Shown one piece after another: positions 30,803 to 40,424 of a DNA stretch of 45,821 nucleotides (position 1 is the stretch's first letter; each line of letters begins with the position of its first letter). The position numbers and the translations under genes are program-made. Location: positions 1 through 45,821 of IMG/VR virus record IMGVR_UViG_3300006151_000024; one strand, written 5' to 3'. The notes beneath the pieces are model-generated. The model saw only the letters and a list, made by a program, of their open reading frames with translations, ran no database searches and was not told the origin of the DNA. Origin of the DNA: a virus.

Positions 30803-31949
30803 CCTCCAGCCCTCCATAGCGGACGGCCTGGCCGGTCAGGACCGCCACGGACTTGGCGCCCACGATCTGGTGGACGGGGGCGGCCATTTCCACCCGCTTG
30901 GCCCCCGCCGCCATGACCATTTCCCCCAGCTTGGAGGGGTTAATGTCCCGGCCTATGGCCCGCTGCCATGCGGTATATTGACCCACAGCGGCGGCCACGG
31001 CGGTCTGAATATCCACGGCCCGGTTGCTGTCGCTCCGGTTGATGTAATAGGTCAGGTCGATGGAGTATTCCACCTCCGCCGGGGCGGCCACCCGCACCAG
31101 GTCCGTCATGGGTCTAATGTTGTTGTCCCGCAGGTAGTTTTCCAGGCCGGTGATCATTTCCTCCGGCGGTTTGCTCCCGTCCGTCATAAGGAAATAAAGA
31201 TCCACGGTGCCCGCCGCCTGGTCGCTCACCACCACCACGTCGCCCACGTTCACGTTGAACTTTTTGGCGTGGTATTTGTAATTTGCCTCCGGTCCGGCGG
31301 TGGAGTAGGATCCGGGGAACAGGTAGACCCGCTCCGCCAGGTGGTCGTCGCTCTCCACCTCCGCGCCGCCGGCGGTCACGGTGATATTGGACACGCTGGC
31401 CATGTAGGGGATCGGATCCACCAGCTTGGACAGTTCCCCCACGGCCAGGCGGTTGCCCGCCTCTCCGGTCATGGTACAGGCCGCCGACACGTCCACCGAC
31501 ATGGCCCCCGCCGGGATCTCCATATATTGCGTGGTTGCGAAATACACGGACCAGTCCGGCACCGCCGCCCTGGTGCCCACCGGGATCCCCGTGGCCGCCT
31601 CCCGCTCCGCCGAAAGAGTAAAGCGCAGGGTGGTGGTGGCCGCCGCCGCCGGTTCCCGTGTCAGCCCCTTAAAGGCCGCCAGGTGGTCCAGGAATTTGGA
31701 ATAGCTGTATTTCAAAAGGTTCTGCTTGCCCGCTCGGTCAATGTACTGCAGGGCGTGGTAGATTTGCGCCGCCGCTGCGTATAACTCCATACGGTGGGGG
31801 CTGGCCCGGTCCAGGGTCAGCGGGCGCCCGGTGGCCTGGGACATAAATGCCTCATAGTCCGCCACCATTTCCCCGCGTATATCCTCCACCGTTGCCCCGT
31901 CAATGAAACTAACGTCCGGCAGGTTCTTCACCACCGAAATTTCAGGCAC
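30795..31949 (-). CDS. Baseplate protein J-like (P2 gpJ / Mu gp47)
   Basis: 384 aa. The N-terminus ..PDVSFIDGATVEDIRGEMVADYEAF and its position between the W-like and I-like genes are typical of the Baseplate_J family. Confidence 0.85.
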   Translation of the reverse strand: MPEISVVKNLPDVSFIDGATVEDIRGEMVADYEAFMSQATGRPLTLDRASPHRMELYAAAAQIYHALQYIDRAGKQNLLKYSYSKFLDHLAAFKGLTREPAAAATTTLRFTLSAEREAATGIPVGTRAAVPDWSVYFATTQYMEIPAGAMSVDVSAACTMTGEAGNRLAVGELSKLVDPIPYMASVSNITVTAGGAEVESDDHLAERVYLFPGSYSTAGPEANYKYHAKKFNVNVGDVVVVSDQAAGTVDLYFLMTDGSKPPEEMITGLENYLRDNNIRPMTDLVRVAAPAEVEYSIDLTYYINRSDSNRAVDIQTAVAAAVGQYTAWQRAIGRDINPSKLGEMVMAAGAKRVEMAAPVHQIVGAKSVAVLTGQAVRYGGLEDD

Positions 31950-32256
31950 GGGTGATCACCACCTTTGGCTTGATGTGCCCTTGTTCTCCATAATTCCATG
32001 TAACTTCATAGACCCGCACCCACGGAATGAACTGCGGGACCTTTTTTGTTACCTCCGCCGTGTATAGGCTTTTTACCACCTCCGGGGGCTTGTCCACATA
32101 GTTCTGTTGGATCCCAAACTCCCGATCCAGCGGCATGGTGCCCACCTGGGTGGACAGCAGCAGGGCCAGCTGCCGGTCCAGTTCCTCCAGGGCGTTGTCC
32201 TGGAACGTGTATTCCAGTTTGAAGTCGTACAGTTGCAAGTTGGTCCCGTGTGTCAT
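31942..32256 (-). CDS. Baseplate wedge protein, gpW/gp25-like
   Basis: The Met at 32256 lies 7 nt after GGAGGA. LDRQLALLLSTQVGTMPLDREFGIQ fits the GPW/gp25 pattern. Confidence 0.75.
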   Translation of the reverse strand: MTHGTNLQLYDFKLEYTFQDNALEELDRQLALLLSTQVGTMPLDREFGIQQNYVDKPPEVVKSLYTAEVTKKVPQFIPWVRVYEVTWNYGEQGHIKPKVVITRA

Positions 32257-32645
32257 GTGTATTCCTCCAGGGTAATGGTCAGGTTTGCCTTGGCCAGTTC
32301 GCCGTGGGCGTACATATCGCCCCATGTTTCACTGGAGGAGGCCAGACAAAACGGGTGGCGGCCCACTGGCCTGCCCTTTATGATCAAATATTCCGCGTCG
32401 CCGCTCTCCACCATGCGCTCCACCAGTTCCAGCATTTTGCGGGGCTTGACGCCCAGGGCGGCGGACAGGGTAATGGGCAGGTTGATCTTCTGGTTGCCCG
32501 CCCCCAAAAATTCCTTTTTGGGTTTTACGCCCATGACCTCATGCTCCACCCACCGCCCGGAAACCTCGCGGGTCATGCCCTTAAAGGTCAAAACGGCGCT
32601 GTCGCTCACCTGAAAGACGATCCCGCCCAGCGATCCAATGGCCAC
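32253..32645 (-). CDS. Tail protein, possibly P2 GpU-like
   Basis: 130 aa. MAIGSLGGIVFQVS..........RWVEHEVMGVKPKKEFLGAGNQKINLPITL loosely resembles GpU-type proteins. It lies within the baseplate cluster. Confidence 0.45.
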   Translation of the reverse strand: MAIGSLGGIVFQVSDSAVLTFKGMTREVSGRWVEHEVMGVKPKKEFLGAGNQKINLPITLSAALGVKPRKMLELVERMVESGDAEYLIIKGRPVGRHPFCLASSSETWGDMYAHGELAKANLTITLEEYT

Positions 32646-32648
32646 AGC

Positions 32649-32939
32649 TTACCCCCCTATCCTCACATTGTCGCTGCCGTCCTTGACCGTCCCGCCGATG
32701 GAAACGGCGTCCCCGGTCCTGGCGGCTGGTTTTCCGTTTATAAATACCGTGGCACTCCCGGCGGCGATCACGTCCTGGTGGCCGGGGTGGGCGACACAGC
32801 CGTGGGTGGAATAGTGATCCCCCACCCGCCCGGCGCCCCGTTTGTTTACGTTCACGTCCGGGCTATACTCCACCAGGGGGACAGGGGGGCAGGCGTCGTG
32901 TCCGGTGCATTGGTCCCCTTTTCGCGTTGCCGCCGGCAT
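32649..32939 (-). CDS. PAAR-domain spike-tip protein
   Basis: 96 aa. Contains MPAATRKGDQCTGHDACPP, ..HYSTHGCVAHPGH and ..VFINGKPAARTGDAVS. It follows the gpV-like spike gene. Confidence 0.75.
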   Translation of the reverse strand: MPAATRKGDQCTGHDACPPVPLVEYSPDVNVNKRGAGRVGDHYSTHGCVAHPGHQDVIAAGSATVFINGKPAARTGDAVSIGGTVKDGSDNVRIGG

Positions 32940-32958
32940 GGCCTCCGCCTCCTCTCCT

Positions 32959-33369
32959 TTAGTTCAGGTCAATGGTTTTCCCGTTGATGGTGATGGCGCC
33001 GCCCGCCGTAATGTTCAGGGTCCCGTCACAGTGGATCGTCAGGTCCTTGGCCTTGCCGTCATAGCGGACCATGGCCACGCCTGGGGCGCGGTCCATGTCC
33101 AGGCGGTACAGCTTTTCCGCCCCCTCCGGCGGTTTTGTTTTCCCGCTCCAGGGGCGGCCCAGGACCACCCCGGCCTCGCTGCCATTGGACAGATGGAGGA
33201 CCAAAACCTGATCCCCCACCTCCGGCATACTGTAAACCCCGGAAAAAACCGTGGACAGAATGGGGATCATGCGGGTCACGTCGTCGTCTTTTTCGTGGTA
33301 CACCACCCGCACCATGCCGGCGGGGTGGTCCACGGCTGAAACCTTGCCCAGCCGGATCTCGTTTCCCAT
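32959..33369 (-). CDS. Baseplate spike/assembly protein V-like
   Basis: RLGKVSAVDHPAGMVRVVYHEKDDDVTRMIPIL...PEVGDQVLVLHLSNGSEAGVVLG is typical of P2 gpV / Mu gp45. Confidence 0.75.
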   Translation of the reverse strand: MGNEIRLGKVSAVDHPAGMVRVVYHEKDDDVTRMIPILSTVFSGVYSMPEVGDQVLVLHLSNGSEAGVVLGRPWSGKTKPPEGAEKLYRLDMDRAPGVAMVRYDGKAKDLTIHCDGTLNITAGGAITINGKTIDLN

Positions 33370-33384
33370 GTGCGCCTCCTCTCC

Positions 33385-34377
33385 TCATTCCACCAGGGAC
33401 AGGTCCAGGTCCATGGTGTAGCCGCTGCCGCCGATGTGGTGGGTGATCTGGTCAATGTAATATTTCCCGGACAGTTTCCCCAGGCCCACCATGGCCACGC
33501 ATTGGGAGGCCACCAGGGAGGCAGTGCCCATGATGGTCACGGACATTTTGCTGGCGCCATGGTTGGCGTTGGCCACCGCCGCCTTGATCTTGCGCTCCGC
33601 GTCGGCTTTGTTGTCCGCCTTGCCGGAAACTTTCAGGATCCGGGGACCCTCTCCCACGTTGACCTTTATTTCCTCCTCGGTGCCGGGGTCCGTGTATGTG
33701 TACTCCCCGCCGGTGTAGGTGCCGGCCAGTTTCCGGTCCCAGTTCCAGGACTGGATCATGTCCGGGGTGATGGTGGCCGCCGGCCCTTTGGCCTTGTATG
33801 CCTCCCGGTCAAAAACCACGATTTTTTTAGAATAGACTTTCATGGCCAGGCCGTAGGTGCTGCACAGTTCCATGTAAAAATCGCAGTCTGTCCGCTCGGA
33901 TTGCTCTATGGTCTTGATCTGAATGGGGCCGCCCTCCACGTCATAGGACAGGGACACGCCCGCCCGGCCCGCGATCTCCTTTCCGATCTCCTCCACGGTG
34001 ACATTTTCCCAGGTTTTGCTCCGCTCGGTTTCCCGGAAAGAACTGTCCGCTGGGACGGACACGCCGGAAATGGTGCCCGCTATGGGCCAGCCGGAAAAAT
34101 TGAAGTTGTCCAGCACAAAGGACCCGCAGGGCAGGATCCGGGTGTCACCCGGTCCGGCCCAGTCCATGGCCTTGATGGTGGCCGCCAGGGTGTCCCCGGT
34201 TTCAGGAAACCACGGGCCGATCCACGTCCCGCCCCGGTCATGGATCGAAACGTCTATACTGTCCGCCTCTCCGCTGGCCGGGTCTGTATAGGTCACGTCT
34301 TTTTGGTAGCCGCTCATTTTACCGGCCACGGCTGCGCCGTTCCAGGTCAGATCCACATACGCCCGCCGTGTCCTCAT
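33385..34377 (-). CDS. Late control gene D-like baseplate hub protein
   Basis: 330 aa from the Met at 34377 (ATGA overlap with the gpX-like stop, GGAGGA 7 nt upstream). Size, position and ..YTDPASGEADSIDVSIHDR.. are gpD-like. Confidence 0.8.
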   Translation of the reverse strand: MRTRRAYVDLTWNGAAVAGKMSGYQKDVTYTDPASGEADSIDVSIHDRGGTWIGPWFPETGDTLAATIKAMDWAGPGDTRILPCGSFVLDNFNFSGWPIAGTISGVSVPADSSFRETERSKTWENVTVEEIGKEIAGRAGVSLSYDVEGGPIQIKTIEQSERTDCDFYMELCSTYGLAMKVYSKKIVVFDREAYKAKGPAATITPDMIQSWNWDRKLAGTYTGGEYTYTDPGTEEEIKVNVGEGPRILKVSGKADNKADAERKIKAAVANANHGASKMSVTIMGTASLVASQCVAMVGLGKLSGKYYIDQITHHIGGSGYTMDLDLSLVE

Positions 34378-34586
34378 GCCTCGGTCCTCCATATCGGCAT
34401 ATTATCCGCCAGACTGTCCGCCGGCGGGTCCGGTGTCTGGAGGACCACCCCGGCCTGAAACCGGAACGTGTCCAGGTTGGGGTGGTTGTTCTCCATCAGC
34501 CAGCCGGTATATTTCACGCTGCCATAAACCCGGTGGGCGATAGCGTCCCAGGCGTCCCCCTGCCGGGTGGTATATGTGCCTGCCAT
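34374..34586 (-). CDS. Tail protein X-like (LysM-like)
   Basis: 70 aa. YTTRQGDAWDAIAHRVYG.......LMENNP resembles P2 gpX. It lies directly after the tape measure gene. Confidence 0.7.
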   Translation of the reverse strand: MAGTYTTRQGDAWDAIAHRVYGSVKYTGWLMENNHPNLDTFRFQAGVVLQTPDPPADSLADNMPIWRTEA

Positions 34587-34600
34587 GGTCCGCTCCTCCT

Positions 34601-37573
34601 TTACCGTGTGGACGCGCTCAAATTCTTGCGGCGCTCCTCCGCTTTCAGTTGGTTATACAGGCGCTTGAACTCCGCAAAACTCACTTTCCCGGCCTCCACG
34701 GCCTCCTCTTTGGTAACTCCCCCGTAGAAGTTGAACACGGGGGCAAAGGTGATCGTGTCCACGCCGCCGCCCGGCGGGTTTTGTCCGCCTGCCGGGGGCG
34801 TGTTTTCGTTTGCTCCGGGGCGCTGCGGATCCGGTGGTTCCCATGCACCGCTGCCGCCCTGACCCGGCCCATGCGGGTCCGGTTTGTTGTTCCTGGTCCA
34901 GTCGTCCAGCATTTTGGCCAGCTGGGCCAGGGGCGCCTCCTCCGGTCCGTCCTCCCGGTTCCCCAGGTCCGGGATCTCCGGCGCATTGGCCACGCTCTGG
35001 AGCATGGCGGCCAGTTTGGACAGCGGCAGGATTGCCTCCGCCTCTCCGCCCTCGCCCGCCTCCAGGATGGTGGGGGCGGTCACAATGCCGCCGGTGGCCA
35101 GCTGCGGAATAGTCGGAATATTAAAGCCCAGGGTTGTCCCACCCACGCCCGGCACCCAGTCCGGGATCGTGACAGATATGCCGTTGATCTTCTCCAGCAC
35201 AAAATTGATGGCAGAAATGACCCCGTTAATGGGGGCTTTTGCCAGATTGACGATCATGCCGAACAGGTTTCCGAAAATATCCACAATGTTCTGCCACGCG
35301 GCGGACCAGTTGCCGGAAAATACATTCTGGACAAAATCAATAATTCCGCTGAAAATTGCCTTTATGTTCTCAATGGCGGCGGAAATACTGGCGGCCCAGC
35401 CGGAAAAGAGGGCGCCCAGGAACGGGAATTTTTCAGACAGGAACGCGGCCACGGAATTGATGGCGGCCTGCACTCCGCTGGCCAGCATATTCATGGGCGC
35501 CAGCGCCTTGGCCACCACGGTGCTGAAAATTGCGCCGAAGATGTTGGCTACATTCTGCCAGGCGGCGGACCAGTTGCCGGAAAATACATTCTGAACAAAC
35601 TGGATCGCGTTCTGGAGGATCACCTGGATATTGGACCACACTTTTTGAACGGTGGACCACAGGGACCCCAGGACCGCTCCCAGCACCGGGAAACGGTTGG
35701 AAATAGCGGCGATCCCTTTTGCCGCCAGACTATCCAGACGGCTCCAGATAGCAGATCCGATTTCCAAAACGCCGGACAAAATCGCCGGTACAATTTCGAT
35801 TATGGCTTTCAGTCCTGCTGCCACCGTGTTTCCCAGTCCGGCGATCACATTCCAGACGATGGACTTTATGCCCTGCCACGCTTTATCCCAGTCACCAGAA
35901 AACACGCCGCCTATAAAATCTGTGATCCCGGTGAAAATCCCCATGATATTTTTTACCACAGGGGCCAGCAGTTCCACCGCCCGCTCCAAACCGCTTAAAA
36001 GCGCGGTGCCCAGTTTTTCCAGCAGCGGCCCCGCAAACGCCCACACGCTCCTGGCCAGTTCCGCTATTGATCCGCCCAGGGTTTGCAGCTGGCCCCACAG
36101 GACCATGACGGTTTCCCGGAATTTCTCGCTTTTGTTCCACAGCAGGACGAAACCCGCCGCCACCGCCGCGATCACTCCGGCAATTATGGCCAGCTTTACG
36201 CCGCCTATGCCCAATACCGCATTTAGTATTTTCCCTCCGCCGGACGCCGCTTTGAATATGGTGGACAGGTTTTTCACCGCTCCCACAGCGGCGGTGGCCA
36301 CCTGCAGCGCCTTAAAGGCCCCCACAGCCGTTATTGCCGCACTTGCAACGGCCAGTATTGCCGTTTTATTCTCACCGATCCATTTCACGGCCTTTTCCGC
36401 TGTTGGTATGATTGTGCTTTCTACATAGTCCCCGGCGGCCTCCAGTGCGTTTTGCACTTTTGGCAGGGCGGTCTCCGCCAGATTGTTGACATACGGCAGT
36501 ATGTTGGTCCCGATCTGTGTCAGAAAATTTTGGCCCAGGTTTTTGACTGTTTGGATCGTATATTTCAAGGTGTTTGTCTGTCTCAGAAAAGCCGTATCTG
36601 CCGCCCCGGCGGCCTCATACATTTCCGCTGTTTTGCTGGCCAGTTGTTCCGATAAATCCCCAGTTAGTCCCAGCGCAAGGTTTAATGCCTCGGTGCTTGA
36701 AAACATTGCTGCCATTGCACTGGAATCTTTGTTTACTGAATTTGCTAATGCGTCAAGTGTTCCTTGGAATCCCAAATCTGCAATTGCGGCTTGCCCGCTT
36801 GTGTACCCTAACTGTTCAAGTGCTTTTTGCATGGCCGTGGTTGGTTTTAATAAATTGGAATATACGGCCTTTAGCTGTGTTGCTACCTCGCTTGTTTTTC
36901 CTGTAACTCCTGTCGCAGTTGCGAATACTCCAAACAGTTCTTCCTGCTTTACACCTAATGTATTTGAGGCATTTGTTACTTGCATAACACTTGCGGCCAG
37001 TTCCGGGAAAGAGGTTTGCCCCAGCCGCACGGTGGCAAAAGACAGGTCCGCCGCCTTTTGGACGGCTGCCGCCGATGTATCACCATAGCCCTTTGTCACG
37101 GCGGACAGCAGGTTAATACTGTCCGCCGTGGTAGCGTTTCCGGCTGCCGCCGATTTTGCGGCGGTTTCCAGAATGCTGGCCGCGTCTGCGCTGTCACCAA
37201 ATGCGGAAATGACCTGATACATTCCGTCGGTCAGGTTGTCAGTGACCACCCCGGTTTTGTTGGAAATTTCCAGGACTTGATCCCCGATCTCCGCTGTTCT
37301 GGCGGCCACCTCCGCCTCGGTCCCGGTCAGCAGGGTGGAGATATTGGCAAGTTGGGTCTGGTATTCCGCCGCTGCATTAACGGCGGCGGCTCCCATGGTG
37401 GCAGTTGCTCCCACGATAGCGGCGGACGCGCCTGCCACCACTTTGCCGGCGGTTTTTGCCGCATTTCCCACCGTTTCCAGGTTTTGCGCTGCCGCCGCAC
37501 AGGCTTTTTTCAGGGAACTGTCCAATTTGCCGTTGATCTTTATGGCCAGTTCATAAACTTTACTTTTTGCCAT
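34601..37573 (-). CDS. Tape measure protein
   Basis: About 990 aa, Ala/Gly-rich and helical, with internal repeats. It lies after the tail chaperone gene. I prefer ATG 37573 (MAKSKVYELAIK) downstream of GGAGGAGG; the track ORF starts at 37618. Confidence 0.85.
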   Translation of the reverse strand: MAKSKVYELAIKINGKLDSSLKKACAAAAQNLETVGNAAKTAGKVVAGASAAIVGATATMGAAAVNAAAEYQTQLANISTLLTGTEAEVAARTAEIGDQVLEISNKTGVVTDNLTDGMYQVISAFGDSADAASILETAAKSAAAGNATTADSINLLSAVTKGYGDTSAAAVQKAADLSFATVRLGQTSFPELAASVMQVTNASNTLGVKQEELFGVFATATGVTGKTSEVATQLKAVYSNLLKPTTAMQKALEQLGYTSGQAAIADLGFQGTLDALANSVNKDSSAMAAMFSSTEALNLALGLTGDLSEQLASKTAEMYEAAGAADTAFLRQTNTLKYTIQTVKNLGQNFLTQIGTNILPYVNNLAETALPKVQNALEAAGDYVESTIIPTAEKAVKWIGENKTAILAVASAAITAVGAFKALQVATAAVGAVKNLSTIFKAASGGGKILNAVLGIGGVKLAIIAGVIAAVAAGFVLLWNKSEKFRETVMVLWGQLQTLGGSIAELARSVWAFAGPLLEKLGTALLSGLERAVELLAPVVKNIMGIFTGITDFIGGVFSGDWDKAWQGIKSIVWNVIAGLGNTVAAGLKAIIEIVPAILSGVLEIGSAIWSRLDSLAAKGIAAISNRFPVLGAVLGSLWSTVQKVWSNIQVILQNAIQFVQNVFSGNWSAAWQNVANIFGAIFSTVVAKALAPMNMLASGVQAAINSVAAFLSEKFPFLGALFSGWAASISAAIENIKAIFSGIIDFVQNVFSGNWSAAWQNIVDIFGNLFGMIVNLAKAPINGVISAINFVLEKINGISVTIPDWVPGVGGTTLGFNIPTIPQLATGGIVTAPTILEAGEGGEAEAILPLSKLAAMLQSVANAPEIPDLGNREDGPEEAPLAQLAKMLDDWTRNNKPDPHGPGQGGSGAWEPPDPQRPGANENTPPAGGQNPPGGGVDTITFAPVFNFYGGVTKEEAVEAGKVSFAEFKRLYNQLKAEERRKNLSASTR
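35289..35599. repeat. Internal direct repeat in the tape measure gene (47 bp, 45/47 identical, 264 bp apart)
   Basis: 35289-35335 versus 35553-35599 (ttctgcca[c/g]gcggcggaccagttgccggaaaatacattctg[g/a]acaaa). Both encode FVQNVFSGNWSAAWQN. Confidence 0.8.
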
Positions 37574-38122
37574 TGCGGCGTTTCGCCTCCTCCCAAATGG
37601 CTTTGACCGTTTCCGCATATTCGTTCAGGTCGTCCACCTGCAGGGATAGGAAAAACTCCTGGCTGCTATGTAACTGTAGGGACAGGGCCACACAGCCCTT
37701 GCGGATCGCCTCCGGGGTTAGTCCTCCCCATCCCCGCCGTACAAAAAACCCGTTACCATGGTTTTCAGCTTGATGGCCTCCCTGGCCGGCAGTTTCTCGA
37801 AGAACTCCAGGGGAAGCTTGGCCACCCGCTGGGCCAGGCAGGTGCAGAACGTCAGGGACATTTCCTGCAAGGCCGGGTTCATGCCGGGGTTTTTCTTGGC
37901 CGCAATCTTGCCCACGTTCTCCAGCACCCCCGCCGTCACGTCCTCCAGGCCGGACAGGTCCACCTCGGTGTACTCCATCCCGCCGAACTTGTACGGCTTG
38001 GCAAACCGCAGCACCAGATCCTCCGGCTCAGCGGCCTCTCCGTCCTCGGCCTCGGCCCGCGCCTCCAGGGCCTCCATTTCCTCCCGCTCGGTGGCGGCAG
38101 TCTCCAGCTTGTTCTTTTCCAT
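37560..38122 (-). CDS. Tail assembly chaperone, -1 frameshifted long form (G-T / E-E' type), predicted
   Basis: The -1 frame after the slippery site is open for about 62 codons (VRRGWGGLTPEAIRKGCVALSLQLHSSQEFFLSLQVDDLNEYAETVKAIWEEAKRRNGKK). It ends at the TAA at 37560-37562, just inside the tape measure gene. Confidence 0.55.
37718..38122 (-). CDS. Tail assembly chaperone (short form)
   Basis: 134 aa and acidic. LRFAKPYKFGGMEYTEVDLSGLEDVTAGVL is typical of gpE/XkdN-type chaperones. It lies between the tube and tape measure genes. Confidence 0.7.
   Translation of the reverse strand: MEKNKLETAATEREEMEALEARAEAEDGEAAEPEDLVLRFAKPYKFGGMEYTEVDLSGLEDVTAGVLENVGKIAAKKNPGMNPALQEMSLTFCTCLAQRVAKLPLEFFEKLPAREAIKLKTMVTGFLYGGDGED
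37742..37748 (-). promoter_or_regulatory. Slippery heptamer T_TTT_TTG for a programmed -1 frameshift
   Basis: The minus strand reads ggT TTT TTG tac in the zero frame (X_XXY_YYZ), 7 codons before the chaperone stop. Confidence 0.55.
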
Positions 38123-38161
38123 GTCGGTTTCTCCTTTTCGTTTTTATCCGCCGCCGGCGGG

Positions 38162-38677
38162 TCAGCACATTTCCTTGATCTTGGCCAGAACGTCCACGCC
38201 CCGGATCTTGAAAACCTCGTTGATCTTGTCCAGTTCCACCATGGGCTTGTCCTCCAGTTCGATCAGGATATAGAGGATCGTCAGCTTTACGCTGGTTTCC
38301 ATTCCGTTGCCGGCCTTGACCTTGCCGGGATCAAACCCCACCATGCGGCCACGGACCACCACGCGCATGGGGCGGAACTCAATGTCCCCATTGGAATCCG
38401 TGGTCTGCTGGGCGCCCCGCAGCTCCAACTGGACCGCCTTGGTCTGGTCCAGCATATCCACGGCCTCCTCGTCCATTACCCGGAACGGGATCTCCTGCTC
38501 CATGTTGGAGAAATAGCCCACGGTGGGATCGTCGAACTCGCCCAGGACGCCCGCGCCGCTCACCGTTTCGCTGGACGCCTCGAAACTGGGAAGGGTGACT
38601 TCATCCCCCATGCCCAGCAGGCGGTTTCCGGCGTTGTAGACGTTGTATTTATTGATCTTGGTCGGAATAGTTTTCAT
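38162..38677 (-). CDS. Tail tube protein (P2 FII-like)
   Basis: 171 aa. KINKYNVYNAGNRLLGMGDEVTLPSFE........G.LGEFD.P..G and its position after the sheath gene. Confidence 0.8.
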   Translation of the reverse strand: MKTIPTKINKYNVYNAGNRLLGMGDEVTLPSFEASSETVSGAGVLGEFDDPTVGYFSNMEQEIPFRVMDEEAVDMLDQTKAVQLELRGAQQTTDSNGDIEFRPMRVVVRGRMVGFDPGKVKAGNGMETSVKLTILYILIELEDKPMVELDKINEVFKIRGVDVLAKIKEMC

Positions 38678-38690
38678 GTGTACCTCCCAT

Positions 38691-40151
38691 TTACGCGGTC
38701 AGGGCCGCCGTCAGGGCGTCCACGTCATACTCCCGGATATTCTCGATGTACTCCGCCGGGATATAGGGCGCCAGGAACGTGTGGACGGTCAGGTGGCCGT
38801 TCAGCAGATTTGTGGCCGGGTTCTCGCTCTCCAGGAACTCCAGCCGGTAGCCGGCGCAGTAGTCGCGTTTCACATAGCCGTTGCCCACAATGTTCTGGCT
38901 GTCCACGATGGACCGGATCAGCCGCTTGTTGCCCGGCTTGTCCACTTTCTGGAAATATGTGCGGATAAAATTGTTTCCGTCCCAGTCGAAGAAACGCCGC
39001 ACAGCAAACCACATATCTTTGGGATCCGTGGTGGAGGGATAGGCCGCCGTCTTGTTCCCCCAGGACTTGAAACCGTTCATATTGATAGCGGTGGTGATCC
39101 CGTTGGCGTTCAGCATATCGTTGGCCTGCTGCTGATCCAGGACCACCTCGGTGCCGTCCGCCAGCACCGTTGCGGTGATCCGCAGGTCCTTATTGGACGG
39201 GCTTTCATAGGGCACGTCGGCATTGGTGGCGTCCGTGTAGGCGGTCAGGGCGCCGAACATGGCGGAATAGTGGTAAATCTTATCCCCCACCGCCACCATG
39301 GGCCACAGGGCCATGGCGTGGTTGGAACTGGCCCCCATTTTCTCCTTGGCCACCTTGGCGTCCGTGTAGATGGCGGCCCCGTTCTCCCCGTCCGTGGGAA
39401 TATCCAGCAGGCAGTTGCAGACGAAAACGCCGTTGATAGCCTCGGTTTTCGCCTGGAGCGCCGCCGCCACCACCGCGTCCTCACTCCAGCCGGGGGCCAG
39501 CAGCAGGCCCGGCACCATGCCCAGTTTGGGGTAGATGTGGCGGATCAGCTCCATGCCCGTTTCCTGGCCCGTCAGGGCGTCCACGCCGCCCACCACGTCC
39601 GCACGGGTCACACCGGCGGGGTTCAGGCTCTTGGACGCCACGGACAGCGTGGCCGCCTCCTTTGCCGCCTGGGCCAGAATGGTGATCAACACGTTGCCGT
39701 CATTGTCGTGGGCGGCAATATAGTCACTTTCCGCCAGCAGGGCGGCGTCCCCGTTCTTGACCTCCAGGGTGTCCAGCAGGACATAGGGCTTTTTATAAAC
39801 CACCTGGCCGTCCGCCACGGGGCAGTCCTCCGCCGCGTTCTCCTTGGTGTGGCTGGCCTTTTTCGGGTCCAGCACGTTCACCAGAATAATGGGCGCCACG
39901 TTGAACACGCGGAAACAGGCGTCAATGCTCTGGCACAGGGTAAAGTCCTTGAAATTGTCGGAATAGCCCACATTCTGCTGGCACTCCGCGAAAGAGTAGC
40001 ACAGCATGGGCTTGTTTACCGCCGCCGCCGGATCCCTGGACAGGTGAATGGGGGCGGTGCCGAAAATCACCTGCAGGCCCGCGCTGCCCTGAATAGGGGC
40101 GGTCAGGCTTGTGTCGATCTCGCTGTTATATACGCCGTGAAAATACGCCAT
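38691..40151 (-). CDS. Contractile tail sheath protein
   Basis: 486 aa. MAYFHGVYNSEIDTSL....GLQVIFGTAP and ..GQETGMELIRHIYPKLGMVPGLLLAPGWS are typical sheath motifs. Confidence 0.9.
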   Translation of the reverse strand: MAYFHGVYNSEIDTSLTAPIQGSAGLQVIFGTAPIHLSRDPAAAVNKPMLCYSFAECQQNVGYSDNFKDFTLCQSIDACFRVFNVAPIILVNVLDPKKASHTKENAAEDCPVADGQVVYKKPYVLLDTLEVKNGDAALLAESDYIAAHDNDGNVLITILAQAAKEAATLSVASKSLNPAGVTRADVVGGVDALTGQETGMELIRHIYPKLGMVPGLLLAPGWSEDAVVAAALQAKTEAINGVFVCNCLLDIPTDGENGAAIYTDAKVAKEKMGASSNHAMALWPMVAVGDKIYHYSAMFGALTAYTDATNADVPYESPSNKDLRITATVLADGTEVVLDQQQANDMLNANGITTAINMNGFKSWGNKTAAYPSTTDPKDMWFAVRRFFDWDGNNFIRTYFQKVDKPGNKRLIRSIVDSQNIVGNGYVKRDYCAGYRLEFLESENPATNLLNGHLTVHTFLAPYIPAEYIENIREYDVDALTAALTA

Positions 40152-40166
40152 TTTGTTTTCCCTCCT

Positions 40167-40424
40167 TTAGCCTTTCCCCTGGGCCTTGCGGTACAGGGTA
40201 TAGTAGCGCCCGGCCCCGGCGTGGAACTGGCGCCGGACCTCCGGCAGCTGCTCCAGGGGGACCACCAGGCCGCCCAGGACCGGGTTTTCCTTTGTGGCCT
40301 CCTCCAGCGCGGTGGGCACCCCGTTGGTGTAGGTCGTGAACTGTACGGCCACGCCGGGGATGGTGGGGCCGCAGTAGACCACCGGGCCAGCGGCCTGGGT
40401 GGTCTTTTTGGGGTCTTTGCTCAT
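40167..40424 (-). CDS. Hypothetical structural-module protein (85 aa)
   Basis: Met MSKDPKK at 40424 follows AAGGAGGTG and overlaps the upstream stop (ATGA). Confidence 0.5.
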   Translation of the reverse strand: MSKDPKKTTQAAGPVVYCGPTIPGVAVQFTTYTNGVPTALEEATKENPVLGGLVVPLEQLPEVRRQFHAGAGRYYTLYRKAQGKG

